DNA from: Balanoglossus misakiensis
Lineage: Eukaryota > Animalia > Hemichordata
Reading direction: 5' to 3'
Length of the DNA: 64,000 nt
NCBI GenBank assembly: GCA_040954595.2
Contig: CM082577.2
Coordinates: 7,837,846 to 7,901,845, forward strand
Below are positions 1-14,947 of this stretch, one piece after another. The position numbers were made by a program, and so were the translations under genes. Each line of letters begins with the position of its first letter. Within the stretch, counting starts at the first letter, position 1. The notes under the pieces are model-generated. The model was given only the letters and a program-made list of their open reading frames with translations. It was not told the DNA's origin and made no database searches.

Positions 1-20
1 AAATCTGTACGATCACTTAC

Positions 21-3000
21 ATCTTGATTGTGAACCCATTCCTGGTTGGAGCCTTTCCCATGACACTCGTAGAGGAAAGCGTATGAGAACTGCATGTTGT
101 AGTCTAGACACATGTGCATGAATCGAAACTCTTTTTTGTCAGTCTGGATGAACATCTGGAACGGATACAGAAAAGTGCCGTTACTATGGCAATACGTGAC
201 GTCTTTAGTGCCCAGTAATGGAGAACGACTGTCAAGAGTCTCGAGGGGAATAATCTCTCACAATCTCTGCGTTGTTCATCATATCTGATTATCTTCTATA
301 CACCCACTCTTTTCTCAAGAATTCTTCATGTTCCGTTTCCTCGAAGATAACGTTTAAAAATATTCTTGACTCAAATCAACGTTAACAGAAATTTGTCTCT
401 TTCAAAGCAAAGCAAAGCAAAGCAAAACATTACAATCGAGGCCATCGTAGTAACTGAGGAATTACTGAAAAAACGGTCCAGGCAGGCTAAGAGAAGTCAG
501 GAATATTGGATTTTTTGTTTCCAGAGGAAAGCAACGGTCGATTAGTAATATTGTTCGAAGAAAGCTTTAGTTGGGAGTATGCAATGTAAACGGGAGTTAG
601 TGAATTTGTCAGTGTATGGGCGATTTGTAGTACCTGCACTTTGCCATCGTGGCAAGGCCACAACTCCACTTTGTTTGCCGTCACGTTCACAGCGTCTTGA
701 CCTTTGAACTCGTTTGACCCATGGCGAGCAGCTTTGCCCACGTCCAGGCAGTGGCCGGAGCCCAGATTCTTCAGCTGAAAGAGAGCGTGCATACGTACCA
801 AGTAGTCAGAAAGTCACCAAGTTGAACAGTGCATTTCTTTGAAAATGGCCTCTTATTAAATCTAACAGGTCTGGAGAAAAAATGTGATTAACACGAGAGA
901 CTTGAAATGCCAATTTGGAATATTATAATGGTAGAACCTTTACAAAACCAACGATTATTTTTATGGGTGATAGTTTGCAAACCTATCATGTATTGTACTA
1001 CTACTAATTTCCCAAGGTTAATTATAAAAATGTTGAGTTTAAAAGAGAGACCTTGGTTATAGCCCCGAAGATGATTTCTTACAGGCTTTGAACAACTGTT
1101 CGTTCATGTAGAACTAGGCCGGACAAAGAAATCTGTCTAAGATAGGGCGCTTTGATGGTTTTTTTCACTTTGGATGAGATACTGATAATCATTTGCATAT
1201 TTTCTCCTTAGAGGGGCGATTGGATATCATGTACCATCTGTTTCCCGTTTTTCTGACATTGACGTCAGCGCTCAGTCACCACACATAATACTCTAGAACG
1301 ATGTATGAATGAGCTTAAACGGCAACAAAGCTACATTTCTAACTCATTCTAAGAAACTAAAATATGGAGTAGACATGACAGCCTACTTAAAATTTGTAAG
1401 TGGAACGGGAGACACCTTCCGAAAAAAGCCAGTATCTGTTAACATCGGGTCACTCACCTGACCTACTCCAGTGAACGCGAAGTTATAGTGCGACTCCGGG
1501 TAGATGTTCTCCAAGAACCACCTGAAAGATTTACACTTGAGGTCCTTCCTGAGTTTCTTCCGTGGGCTCAAGTCACCGGGGTCAATCTTCATGTTCTCGG
1601 GTTGGTTTGCATAGTAAAGGTACTTGTACTCGTCCAGCCACACTTCCACTAGTCGGTGGTTGTTTCTGCCGACAACGTTGTACGTTGTGTTCTTGTATTT
1701 GTGCGGGTTGTGCTTTCGGAACACGTGACCGACGTGAGAGCAAGGGACGAACTCTAGGGTTCCGCCACACATCCAAATCTAAGATCATAATATATATAAA
1801 AACGCCATGTTATGTTATGTTTTGTTATGTTATGTTATGTTAATATGTTATGTTATAATAATAATTATGTAATTTTGTAATAGCAGAAGAATACCTCCCA
1901 GGCATCTACTATTGTGTACTCTATATTTTTCCAACGATTTTCTCTTTTTATTTATTTCACACCCCGATGATACCGACTTCAAATGTTGGCCTATCATTCT
2001 AGGAACGGGTCAAAATAACCAGCGCGTTTGCCATGATATGGACCGCCTTTTGTTTACTGAGTCTGTCTTTTTCTTAGTCGTAAATTACAGTTTTAGGGGG
2101 AAACATTATTATCATCCGGATTACGTGCAAGTAAGAGCCAAAAGATATAAGGAGAAAAATTCCCCTGTATATATCCAAACAAACTCAAAAGTGAAATTAG
2201 TGTTGATATCACAAGTCTCAAATTTTGGATTAAACACATTCGTTAGTGCTTTGCTAGCGTTTTACAGGTACCACACATAAAACCGCGGCATGCACATATG
2301 GTATGCGTCCATAACCAATATTTGCCCACCCACACATAAATTTGTTTTGTGCTCACTGGGCGCGTTTGATCACTGTTAATAAAACATAATATGGTGAAAC
2401 TACAGACCTTCCATTGAGGGGTTGTGTTGAACCAACATTGAATGATTCAAATTTACATAAAAGGCTCTGCGGTACATTAATTGACATTGCCAATGTTTTA
2501 AAAAGACATGCAATCACATTACCTTTAAAGAAAGCTCAATATTTTCACCTCCCCAGAATTCGAACTCAGGGTCGTACGATCCGAGTTCTTCGAAATAACT
2601 TTTATCAATGCTGAACAAGCCACCCGCCATGGTCGGCGACCTGCAAATAATTCAACAGTTAGGTCAGTCAACATTCGCTTACTTATTATATGGGTTTATA
2701 ACTTTGGCAATTAGCCGAAAATGTTGCTAAAAATACTTTTGTGTTTGTTTTTAGTCTGATCAATTAATTACATCACAGACTTGAACAAAGTCTACGTTCC
2801 CCAGTAGAACGACTCACGGAAAAATCATTTAGAAAATTCGAAAGGTAAATAAAAGACCCACGGACCAAATTTAATTTACCGAAACATGAGGCCCGCCAGT
2901 GAGTTTAGTTTAGATTCGGTTTCCCCTCGGGATGCAATCACTTAGGCAAGGTTCAATGGGGGCACCTAGCATGCAGTCAGTAAGCCAGATGTGAATATTG

Positions 3001-6000
3001 ACATCCGTTCATATTGCCTATAGTGAGTTCATATATGTACATGTACATGTGGGGGAATATAGAATATTGCTGGTCATTGTCAATTTACATACCATTCCTT
3101 TGTCTTGTTGAATTTTAAGAATTAAAATTTACAAGACATTACTAATAATTAACCCCACCAAATATTGTGAAGAAAATACCGGCACACAAAAATGTGACGA
3201 AAACAGCTGTCGGACAGGACGGCAGATTTTAAAATGACACGTCTGGTTGTTAATACGCAAAATTGTCAATCCCCGCTGGCTTACCTTACAGGAGCTGAGG
3301 TGTCGTGCCCGATTCTTTTCTTCTCTCGTTCAGGCAGGTAAAACCAGTTGAATATCACATTCCAGTCGAACCCGCCAACGTGGGTCACATCCGTCGAATT
3401 GACAAATGCAAATGTCCTGTCGTCAATTTGGTTTATAACTGGGCATACTACAGTTGATCTGAAGATAAAGTTGCCAAACGTTAATGCGCCAGAAAACAAA
3501 GCTTAACATTTTCTTACACGTTTGCAGTTGCACAGTGAGGCGTTCGGCAATCAAAAATTTAAAAAAAAATCTCACAAATCAAAAATATATTCGGGGAGGG
3601 GGGGGGGGTCGGATACTGATAGTCCCCGGGGAAGAAATTACAGCGGCAACGATGAGTGAACTTACCTGTTGGCAGCTATCCTGTCCAATAACGGTTCCAA
3701 CCACCCTTTGGAACACTCACAATGCGAATCAAGAAACGTTAACACGGGCGCTTTGGCCAACTCGGCGCCCTTGAGACGAGCGCCGATCAAACCCCGTCGC
3801 TCTTTGGCGTGGTGTACGCGGACAGGCACAGGTAGGGTTGAGATGTAGTCCTCAAGGGGTCGTCCAAGATATTCTATAGTAAAGAGAAACTTACATTCTA
3901 AGCACGCTGTGTCAGTATTAACCATGCGAAGCATAGTACGTGTCCATTACAAAGTGCCCTTAGAATTTAATTGCGAGGGCCGCGGGCCAAGGTCAAGGAA
4001 TTGTGACCTCCTCGATGATAGTTCACACCACAGACAATCTTTGTCAGTGTCCACACATAACCACGATGAGTTATTCGTATTTTCAGAAAATGACAATTTT
4101 CAAGTACATGATAACAGAACGAGGGTAACGCGTTATAACTGAATGAATATGTACCACAATATACCACGCACAGCAGGGGGAAACATGTAGTGTTATTTTC
4201 TTTCATTAAATGAGATGGATTGACTATTGTTTTCATACCTCTGCTACTTGCATCATCGATTAGGATGACCTCCTCGAGAAGATGTCTGGGCGATCTTCGT
4301 ATGACGCTGTGCACTGTTCTCATAAGTACGCTCCATGCCTCGTTGTGATACACTATGATAACGCTGGTTTTGGGTAGAACATGAGGGTAGCTTTTCTTGA
4401 GGCACCTGTTATAGATGGATGGATGGGTGGGTGGGTGGGTGGGTGGGTGGGTGAATGAATGAATGAATGAATGAATGAATGAATGAATGAATGAATGAAT
4501 GAATGAATGAATGAATGAATGAATGAATGAATGAATGAATGAATGAATGAATGAATGAATGAATGAATGAATGAATGAATGGGAAGAAATATAATTAATA
4601 TTCAGAGCATAAATATAATTTATTTATGGCTGTAAAATACACCACGTGACTGGCTAATAAAGAGCTTAATTTGTGAGTTGACATCCAGAAATACATTCAT
4701 TGGACATAACTTATATGTTGCGGTGATAATCAATTAATCAGTGGCAAAGATATCAATACGAAAACGAATTCTGTTAATATAACCAAGACTTAAGTCTGTT
4801 CAGGGTCTCAGTGGTGTCTCTGTTTTCCAATGCAAAATTTGCTAGCCGCCAACGTGGCATGGTATAATGAAAGTTCAAAGGTCACACTGAAGATATCCAG
4901 TAAAGATTTTAGACCTGGATTTAGATATTATCATGGAAAGCAACACGAGAACTAAACCTTTCATTTAACTATAATATGAAACTAATTAAGAAAGTCAAGA
5001 ATTTTCAATGGTTCAAGAGAAGTTCTTTTACAGTATAATGTGCACATACTACTTAGGCTACTGTTGTAGGCAAGGCCCGGTTGGCAAGGGCTGGTCACGC
5101 CAACTGTGAAGTCACTTCACAACATCTCAGGTTACACCGTTGGTTGCCAGTGTATTGCCGCGGTGCTATTTTTACTACCATCAAACTAAAATGCCTCGCA
5201 GCCACTGCCACTGTAACCCTCGCTTCAGGACAGACACCTGTGCCTCAATATGTAGAAAACATCCAGACTGATAATATTCACTAGATGCATTATTACACAC
5301 GAAACCGTATTGTAAGAACCTTTCCCATAAGGCGAGGTTAATGATCGTTTCCATGACAACTGTCAATGATGTTGATAATAATGGTTGGGCATGAATACAT
5401 GATGTACTAGTATATAATACGCTCCCAGTCTCAGCTGACCCAATTCAAGATTCGCTTTTCAAATTTTTATTACTCGTGCCAGGAAAGTCCTTTAGCTCAG
5501 CGGTATGTCGTGTTTCTCACGGGTCGTAATACCCGCGATGAAAAACAAGTTGAACTTTTCTGATTTCTGTCACTTGTTTCCAGTTTACCACCGCGGTAGC
5601 TCTATCGCAGCGAAGACAAATTGTCGTACGTCAAGTCTGCAGCAATGCACTGCCATGCACTGGTATACCAACTGTGAAATTCCTACGCTCGCTCGCTGGC
5701 CTCAGAAAACTGTCAACATATCGCATAGACCTTTCTAATGAACCGAAAATAGCAAGATCGGTCACATACCGACCCCAATGCAAACCAAAAAAGTCAATAA
5801 CTGGAAGGGGAGTCTGACATGTATTACTTGATCAGGCTTGACACGTCTTGGCTTTGGTCTGTATATTGGCGGTTGGTCGCCATTTACTCCATAATACACA
5901 CTTAGTCCTCCACACGTGATTCAAGAATTCCATCCCGCGGCGAAGCAGAGTCACCGGGTCAAAATTCAACACGGTCTCGTTAATGGTTGCTTTTACGCTT

Positions 6001-8030
6001 AGACAACTGGGTTTTTAAAAAACAACTTAATCCTTCTCGGAGTATAAAGGAGTGAGCTTAGATTTTACATCTCGGGCCCACGCAACTGAAAACACGACGC
6101 TGACAATGCGGACGGCTGGCTCGTAAAGTCAAAACGTTTATGACAGTCGACTGTTATCATATTTCATAACCAGGATTTCATTAAAATTTTATTTATATCA
6201 CTCTTAAACTTTACATCACCTATGACCTTTTCTTGTCACATACGCCATTTGATGAGCCACGCTGAATATGATCGGTACGTGACTGACTTGAGCGCGTCTG
6301 AAACAGGACATGCCGGCAAGAAACGCGCAGATTGGCCGGCCTCCGCTCGCAGGGATCATTGGCTCGACCATAGTCTCCCTATACTTTGGCGCGGCGGGCG
6401 AAGACGGGAGATTGGCATACATGTGTGACACTTACCCTTTCGGGCGATAATCCGGCAGAGATCTGTCGTTGGATATCCTATTACTGATCATCAAATTGAA
6501 ATAGTTGACTTTAAAGAGTTTCTCCATCTCGGTTTCGTCTTCCTTGGCAACTGTTGCCGGCCGACCCATTTCGCCAACGCCATTCGGATTCCTGGTCACT
6601 TCGGCTGAAAAAATGTAAATGAAAAAGTATGGAAAATTCATAAGAAACCAATCTAATATCTACGCGGGCACTTTTCGAGGACCGGGGTGGCGAGGGGTTA
6701 CACAATTTGAAAACACTCACTCGATTAGATTCTTGCGTTATCTACGCACAGCTTCCCACTATCTTATGATTCATATGGCTCTATATTCTCCTCAAAACAA
6801 CAGATGTGAGTCTAATATAGTTGTAAGCTGGAAAGCGGGCTATACTCAATCGGTGATTATTTACATCGTGCCCGAAATTTTAAGAATTGGTCAGTTTCTA
6901 ATAAAAAGATCCTACCAAGCGATACGTAATGCCTTTGTGGACGCGCTTTTGGAAGCATGGGTGTAAATGGACAATAACGCGTCACTGAAATATTAATATT
7001 AATCTATAGTCATTGAGATTGCTTACAAAAAAAACCCGACATGTTTAATATCTATTAGATTCCCTAGCGAGGCCGATGACCCGCACTTGGGCGTTTCTCG
7101 AACATTTTACAGGGGACCTTTGTATCGCTATTGTCACTAATGGCTGGCCACACCTTCAGACATAATGCATGTATACTTTCATGGTGATCATAATGTACAC
7201 CAGAATTCGTCTTCGTTGGGGAGATGGATAACGTTTCGGTGACGGCCATTATAAGTCGTATTAATGTAAAGCAGAAACTGCGTGCTCCAAAAGTGACATT
7301 ATTGTTCTGTATTTTATAATGGTAAAGGCTATATAGCTGTAGACACTGTGGTGATATTTTATAGCAGCGTCGGGTCATTCAGCGGTCAGCGCCACACAAA
7401 GTGGCGTGTCCCACACATGACACATGGCCGGATTGCTTTATGGATGAAAGAGAGCTTACAAAACAATCGCTTGATTATCTGACCTTAATACTGTATACCT
7501 TTAAGACATAAAATAAGATAACTTCTCTATTTCATCGCACCACGTGATACAAAAATCGACTTCATCAAGGACGGTCACCATCTGTCGGTATAAATCCGAT
7601 TTTTAATTTTCGTCCTATTGTCTTTCCTTATTGATTTGAAAATAAATACTGTACGTGAACATTTGCATATGCGGTTTGTCAATTTTCGCAAATCATAGTG
7701 TGTATGGGATGATACTAACGATCCACGAATCGACCAAGAGAAGAGAAAATTTGACCCACCTACGGTGGCCAACCTATTTGCACTTTGACCCTTGTCCGCG
7801 TGTAATCCATGAGCAGCCATGGTGTCCAATCCCAGTTGTGATTTCTGCGGCATCAACACATCGCGGTTTTTCCATCGAGGGTTCAGGTTCTGCAAATTCC
7901 TGGTGTCCATGTCGAACATTTGCTCGGCATTGGGAGTGTTCATAAAGAGACGCAGATTGAGCGTCAGGCTAAGCAGCATGGCCGTTGTTATTAGCAACAT
8001 GTAAGCGGTCCTTCCTCGAATCGCCGCCAT
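21..8030 (-). CDS. Polypeptide N-acetylgalactosaminyltransferase (GALNT family, GT27); 3' end lies beyond the left edge of the window
   Basis: GT-AG exons 7760-8030, 6436-6604, 4239-4405, 3666-3873, 3285-3458, 2523-2640, 1458-1778, 634-774, 21-155 join in frame. N-terminal type II TM anchor ([15 protein letters not shown]), then [22 protein letters not shown], DxH motif [20 protein letters not shown], Gal/GalNAc-T motif [26 protein letters not shown], and ricin-type lectin repeats (CLD..CH..QEW). Paralogue number cannot be assigned. Confidence 0.95.
1807..1855. repeat. Imperfect (ATGTT)n microsatellite, intronic
   Basis: Tandem pentamers read directly from the sequence. Confidence 0.8.
4413..4580. 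repeat. Compound microsatellite (GGAT)n(GGGT)n(GAAT)n next to a GALNT splice acceptor
   Basis: Perfect tetranucleotide arrays; on the minus strand they lie just upstream of the exon starting at 4405. Confidence 0.95.
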
Positions 8031-11000
8031 GGTTACCAAACGTACGTTGTCGCGAATCTGGATTTGCAACTTCTTGTCGTTACCTCAATCCTTGAGATGG
8101 CTGTTGTAAATATTGAAATGTAAATATCCAACTTGCATAGATGGTTGCTCGGACCACGGATCAAGCTACCCCTCTCTGCGTCGCCAAGAACGTAGTGTTT
8201 TTGATTCCCACGGCCAGATAAATGCTATGGCGACACTCGAAGTTAACGAAGCTCTCTGGTAAAATCTACCGATTCCCTGTAAGAGAACAAAAATGAATAA
8301 ACAAGTCACACGATTTTCAGAGATAGCTGGGACAGAAAACAGCACAAACACAACAATGTTATGAGATACAGTGAATTACCAGTAGAGTGGTCAACGTCAG
8401 GACTGAGAATGGTAACTAAATCATGCGGACCATAGAAATAAACCGATGGTCATACCATCACCAAAGGCGGCAAAATTATTCCTGATCTGAACATGCACAC
8501 ATTCTGGGACGTCTTGATTGTCGACTACAATGCCCAATGTGATAGTAGACACACGACACGACGATACTCCAGCCTCTCGGGTTTGTAAGACGTATCCGTG
8601 CGGGTGACGTTGCAATGGTGGTCCGTCAGTCCCAGGCCGGCAAGCTATTCCCCGGACAGTAACAGCTGCGTGCTTTCTCGGCGATTTGTCAGTTTGCAAT
8701 AATAAGCACTAATAAATATTGATATGAATGATAGCTGTTATCGGCATTGTCGTTTTGAATCGCGAAGTGTGGACAATTCACCTCAATTCAGATCAATAAA
8801 ATGAACGTGGAAACGTGAGAGGCATTTTCGCCGCCAGCGCACGCACATCATCATTTATTGACAAAACAAATTTTACTTCCCAATATGAGCTTACATATGC
8901 AAATCACCACTTAATGTAGATTGTATAATCCGTTATTAATAAATTCTACCCTGAGCCCTTACTTTAAAAATGCTACTATGAAATGGGAAATTAATATTGT
9001 CAATTATTTAGGCATAATGTAAAATTGGCAGGGAATTGATTACGTAATGTACAGTAATGCCACGCACCACACTGAGATGAACTAGTTTACTTTCGTTATT
9101 TCAGTGAAAATATTGTGTGTGTTTGTGTCTCTTTGCTCCCTTGTCGAGACAACTAAAATATGATAGTCATATCGCATGTCAAAAGAGACGAAAATGGTCA
9201 GCTTGTCATGTTTCTCGTTTGACCGGAAACGATCGAAGAACCTCAAGAGATGAACCCCGGTTTTAAAACTGGATGTGGTTTAAATTCGCCAATGCAGGTC
9301 ATTGTTGGCATGTTAGGTTCTTATTGATATATTTATTCTTTCATGCCACTCGAGATGAACATAGGTGTGGTGTTTTATTCGTCGGTAACAGCACGGAGCC
9401 TTCAGAGATCTCCGTCCTGGGTCTCCATGATAAGGGGGAGTGAGCCACGGGGACAGAATTTCCGACAATCATATCCTCCAAACCTTGGAGGCTTCCAATT
9501 CTATCCTTGTGTCTATGTTTCATTGCTATATAGTATATATCTGATATATATGAAAGGAGTCTTTCAGAAAACAAAGAAGAAAACAGGGCGTTTACCTTCT
9601 TCACTTCAGTGGTCCCGTTTTCATAAAACCACCACTTAAAATTTTCTGCATGAGAGTTAATACAGACTGGCGGCCAAATCTCAGATATTTCGCTCTCTCA
9701 TTCGAAATTTTACACGGTGACCCCGATAGAGAATAATGTCGCATTGGGACTTTGAGTTTTCGAGGTGTGTACTACCTTAACTATTCCCGGTATCCCCGTT
9801 TTGCGTGCAAATAAGCCTGCACATCTCGGGGTCACATGCACCAGCCATTTTGTGTGGTCATCATCTCATACGACAACACCTGTGGCGTGTCAGGGCATAG
9901 AACCTCAAGTTTCCTGGATGGTCTCTCAGTGGTCAGAGCAATGTGACGTTCATGGCCATGCAGGTCATAGGTCAAACTGATGCCACAGGGCCAGTGGATG
10001 ACGTCAATTGCAATGCAATTTCCGCGTACGATGTGAGCGACAAGTGCATTGTATTGACGAATTTAATTTCTTTTATTTTATAATATAGGCCTGAGTAACT
10101 TAAATAAAAAACGCAAACATTATCTCACGCATCGTAATAGCCTTAGTAGGAATGTAATATGTTAAATTTTCCCGAATGTACATTAGACCTAGCGTCTAAA
10201 TTCAATAATCTTTATGAATCAATATTGTTAATGTTATGGTATTGATCGCTGTGACTGAAATAATCTTCAACCACTCAAATTAACGTGATACCTGTCAGTT
10301 TTAGCGATAACAGTCGTGTGGTCTATGAAAGTGTTTATAAAATCGGGAGAAACCTTAGGCCTATATGATAAATGTCTTGACGATTTGGTTTAAGGCCTGT
10401 TCATCACCATGTACTAATCACCATGGTGACACAAAATAATAAGTTTACAGTGGTCATGAAATCAACATATATAGGCCCTTTCGGTAATGTTGGGTCTGTC
10501 GCGCGTCATTGGGGATTACGCGGACGCCTCAATGCTATTCATGGCGCAGTTGTAGGCCATCCGAGCCCAGAGAAATAGGCCAGTACAGCGTTTCCAACTT
10601 GACGCCACTGACTGGAGTATGCCTGACAAAATCCCCTGTTCGTTTGTGCCAGTTTGTAGGTCAGTTTACGTTTTCACTTTTACGTCTCGCGTGACGAACG
10701 CCAACTTAATGAACGGTGAAATCGACAATTTGTCACGTAGATTTCCATGCTTTGTACTGTACGTGTAGGCCTGCGTTGAACTCGGACCGCATGAGTCCTA
10801 CCAATACTATGGTCACTCCTCAATAAACCACGCAGCAGTGCGACACGTACGGGTCATCACTGCCAGCCCACTTGCCACAAGGCCTTCTGCTCCGCGTCTA
10901 GCCCGTCAAGCGAGTCCGCTGTGACGACCTTACACAGCGTATAAATGACCAAAGACGATTCGATCAGTGACTACGACAGACACACCTATAATACCGCACT

Positions 11001-11676
11001 CTCTGCCTTGGTGGACGCTATCCCACCTGGGCAAGGGCCAGGCTTAAAATCAAACAGAACTCACCACATAGTTTAGTACTGTACACACATCTAATGGTAG
11101 GCCATCTGCAGAGTGCCTCGAACCGATTCCTTCATAGCCCAACCTCGTTAAAACCGTCAATTTCTCTCTCCATGTAGGCTATTGTTCAGAAGACAACACA
11201 CGTCATGTTCCAAACCGTAAGTATGGTACGTCGCCTTCTTCCGGGTGTGGTTTCCTCAGATTAATAATAATTTGCATATGAATAAAACGTCAACTTGAAT
11301 TGCAGACGCTGCGAGCGCCATACATGCAAATACTAGTAAGCTTTACACCGCTTGGTGACCCGACGTCGGTGCACTTGAGCTGCGCCGTTCTAGCTAGCAC
11401 ACAGAGCGGTGACACAGTGTTGGCAGGCTTGGGGTCTGATTAGTGTTTCGCTGAGTGCAAAGTTTACGACATGCCAACGTGTCAACACAGCGCTCATGCA
11501 CATTTCTTATCTCCTTGAACCGCGCCTAAGCCCAGTGGTATTTTATTCCAGAAACACATAGTGCTATAACGCGGTTCGTTTGATGTTACCCATGTAAATT
11601 GAATAATGGTTCAAATCATAGATCCTGGGTCTTACTGCGTGGTGCGGATGCTTTATACGAATAAATATTAAATATT

Positions 11677-11803
<127 letters not shown>

Positions 11804-13507
11804 CGCAATGAACAACAGAGTTACCATAGCAACTGGACTAATGTGGCCGTGAATCACTGTCTGCGTCTGCGCGAGAAACATCTTTTGACTAGTATCCTAC
11901 GAGAAGAGTAAGCGAATTTGATCAGTGTGTCAGTATTCAGTGATTCTACTAAATTTGCCATAATATACAAAAAGACCCTTCTTGGGTAGGAAGCACTTGG
12001 GGGGAAGAGGATTGGCATTCAAATATTTCTTTCGTTGGCTGCAATCTAATAAACATAAATCATGGCCTAGGCCTACATTCGCCCTTGACACTCACTGAAC
12101 AAGAGGTGGACCCCACAATGAGCATGATGCCAACATGATCTACATTGCTGAATCTGACTCTGGGTGGCACGTATAGGTGTTTAGTACACAAAACGTGTTA
12201 ACCAGAGAGTGCTTGTCAAAGAAAGAACTCTAACATATGCGGGAGAAATGATTACGACTACATTTCATATCGAAGAATTCACACAGTATCTTCTCGGAGG
12301 GTGATAATCATTTGGTATCAAGGCGAATGCCTTTCACCGAGTAATTTGGGAAATGTCGGCCTTTGGAATACATGTATAGAAAACACGATGCCCCGAATAC
12401 AGCAGTAGTGCGCGGTTTATTAAAAGTTTGCGCAGTCAGTTTGTGTAGTCAGAAGTGTTAGAAAAAATACACCGTAACCACTACTCAGGCGCCCGCAACA
12501 TCTATCCGTTAAAAGGCTATCATGGCAGTAATACAGTAGCCGAAATTTGCCACGTTGCAACCTGAACATTCTTTTGATAAACCATACCCGAACAGTGGTG
12601 GAGTACAGCAGCATGTTTTCTAGATTTTAGCCATTCTTTGGAATTTGTATTATATACTATACACAGTCCACTGCCAGTTTGAGAACTTGTGTTGAGCATT
12701 TTCCAGATGAAATCTTCATGATCTTTTTCTAATGCAGAGAGGGGTAGGCCTATAGGATATTTTAAATACATGTAAGTGCAGTTGCAGAATCAGTGAGTGG
12801 TCGCCGTCAATTCCTATGTTTTTAATTCTACAACGCTTTGATTTGAAAACAACAGTTGTCTTCCTGTGCACGAGCTTCATTAAGCAAGTGTCAAGCTAAG
12901 ATTAAAGGTGTGTGTGGTGTGTGTATGGCGCGTAAAAAGTGCAGGGGATAAGGGTGAGGAGTTTCGGAGTGATAACCCAGAGCTTGTCGAATCAGTCGAG
13001 TCGAGTAAACGTGAGGCATGCACAAGGCCGAGTCTCCCTGAGTGTCGTTGGGTATAAGGTCTTCATACTCACCCACACACAAAGCTGACCAAACCCCTCT
13101 GCTGCTGTCTATGATCAAACCAAGTCCATGATTCCGGGGTCCATTCCCATTCTACATCGACCAAGATGTCCGCAGCGTTGCTGTTTCCAGGAGGGACACT
13201 GCGGCTATGGGTGCACGGCAGACGCAATTCCAGTTTTCTTCCACGTTGCAATGTCCGGGTGGCAGTACAAGTATGATAACTACTCAAGCTGGATTGTTTA
13301 CATTAACGCCACCACTTCGCAGTTCTCATCAGCTGCTACGTACACCGCCTCGTGGTTTGTATAGTACATGTATACTAACACTGTTGATCATTGTATGTTT
13401 GGGATTATATTTGAAACAAGAAAATATACTCATACAATTTTGTTGAACATACTCACAGGATAATTATTTTAGCATCTAAATAATTTTTCTTCATTTGTTT
13501 TCCCCCA

Positions 13508-13701
13508 TTAGGGACTGTTCAGAATTAACTTCCAGGGGTAGAGGATTTTCAGGGGTGACCACCCATTTTCTTCAAGAAAAATTAAGGGGGGGGGGGCAGA
13601 CATACAAATCACTATCCTTTAGGGGGGCCATGGAAAAACCCCAGGAAAATAAAAAAAATCCTCCGGCCTCACCCTTGGAGGAAATTCTGAACAGTCCCTT
13701 A
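13508..13701. mobile_element. PIF/Harbinger-type MITE, about 190 bp
   Basis: Perfect 16-bp terminal inverted repeats GGGACTGTTCAGAATT (13511-13526) and AATTCTGAACAGTCCC (13683-13698), flanked by TTA on both sides (3-bp TWA target-site duplication typical of PIF/Harbinger). Confidence 0.8.
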
Positions 13702-14947
13702 TGGCTGAATATTTATTGTTTGTTTACATATCCCCATAACTGTCCTCAGATAGCTGGAAGGCTAGCATGATGACCTGCCATGCTCGACTTGTGGAGAGCG
13801 CCATCTAGCGATATGGATAGTACACATTTCGGGTCTGATTTTGATGCAGATTGAGAGCCCAGATTCTTGAGAAAACCCTCGATAAAATCTCGAGTATCTA
13901 TGTTTGGAACAAGGGTTGTGCTTTAATGAGCATTTCATTCGAAATTTTGCTTGTGTACCTCCAAAAGACAACAGGAAAGTGTGAATCTTCCTTTCTTTCC
14001 TTCCCCTTTTTTGGAATCCAGTTTGGTGCGCAGGCTGAATCTTCAACCAGGTACATGCGGAAATCGTGACAACTTATTCCACGAAGAACAGCTGGGCATG
14101 TCTGTCCTCCGCTTGGCTGTCGTAGTTGTTATATTGAGTTTGATGTCGGTATGTGTATATGGCGTATTTTTTACAAGATGTGAAGACCAGGTAGGTGTTA
14201 TCGCGCCAGTCTGATCAGTTTTAATAGCACGCGTATGCACTGATGCAGGCATCGGTCATTAAACGTAGAGACGCGTACAGGTGACGCGCCCACACTGCCT
14301 CTCTCTGAGCCAAGGTATCGCGTACGGGGGGGGGGGGGGGGGGGTTTCCTAACAAAAACAGTTTTCACTCAATGATTCATCGCATATGTCAACTTTTTAC
14401 AGTGTTGAGCATTGTTAAATACTCTCCGATTCAAACTTACCTTTTGCGCCACATTGGATGTCGAGACGAGTGTCTGACACACTGGTACATTTGAGCTTGT
14501 GTAGTACCAAAGGTGGACTTCACCTGGTGATTATTCGGCTTATTTCCACCTGAGAGGTCCGGTCTTACATCCGCAACCAAATACCCTCGCTAGCCCTCTA
14601 ACTATCGTCTGAATGGCTATTTTTTCTTCGGCAGGATTTCCCAGATTGCTGTATGGATGGCAAATCAGCATGTTACTACAGTCTGCTTGTCCCAGCAACT
14701 ATACCAGTGGCAATTTTCTTTCTATTCATCAACTGGATGGGATTGAAACTGTTCAGACATAACTGATTTTTTTTTAATGAGACTCACATGGGCATAGGAA
14801 TATGTTCATAGTTTACAATTCCTAATAATAGTAATTAGGATTGATCTGTTGGTTTTACAGCATTATATATAAGTGATCACTGAAATCATCCTCAGCTGCT
14901 GAGGGTCACTCCTGTCACACAACCTACAGACACTTTCCTTCATAGCC

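Noticed and set aside
14098-14190. Signal-peptide-like ORF MSVLRLAVVVVILSLMSVCVYG ending at a GT donor upstream of the DED gene
   Set aside because: Splicing to the acceptor at 14860 hits TAA after three codons, so it cannot extend the DED protein; at most a uORF or chance.
12420-14252. Cluster of short overlapping ORFs between GALNT and the DED gene
   Set aside because: No recognisable domain and no consistent splice chain; possibly decayed repeat or noncoding sequence.
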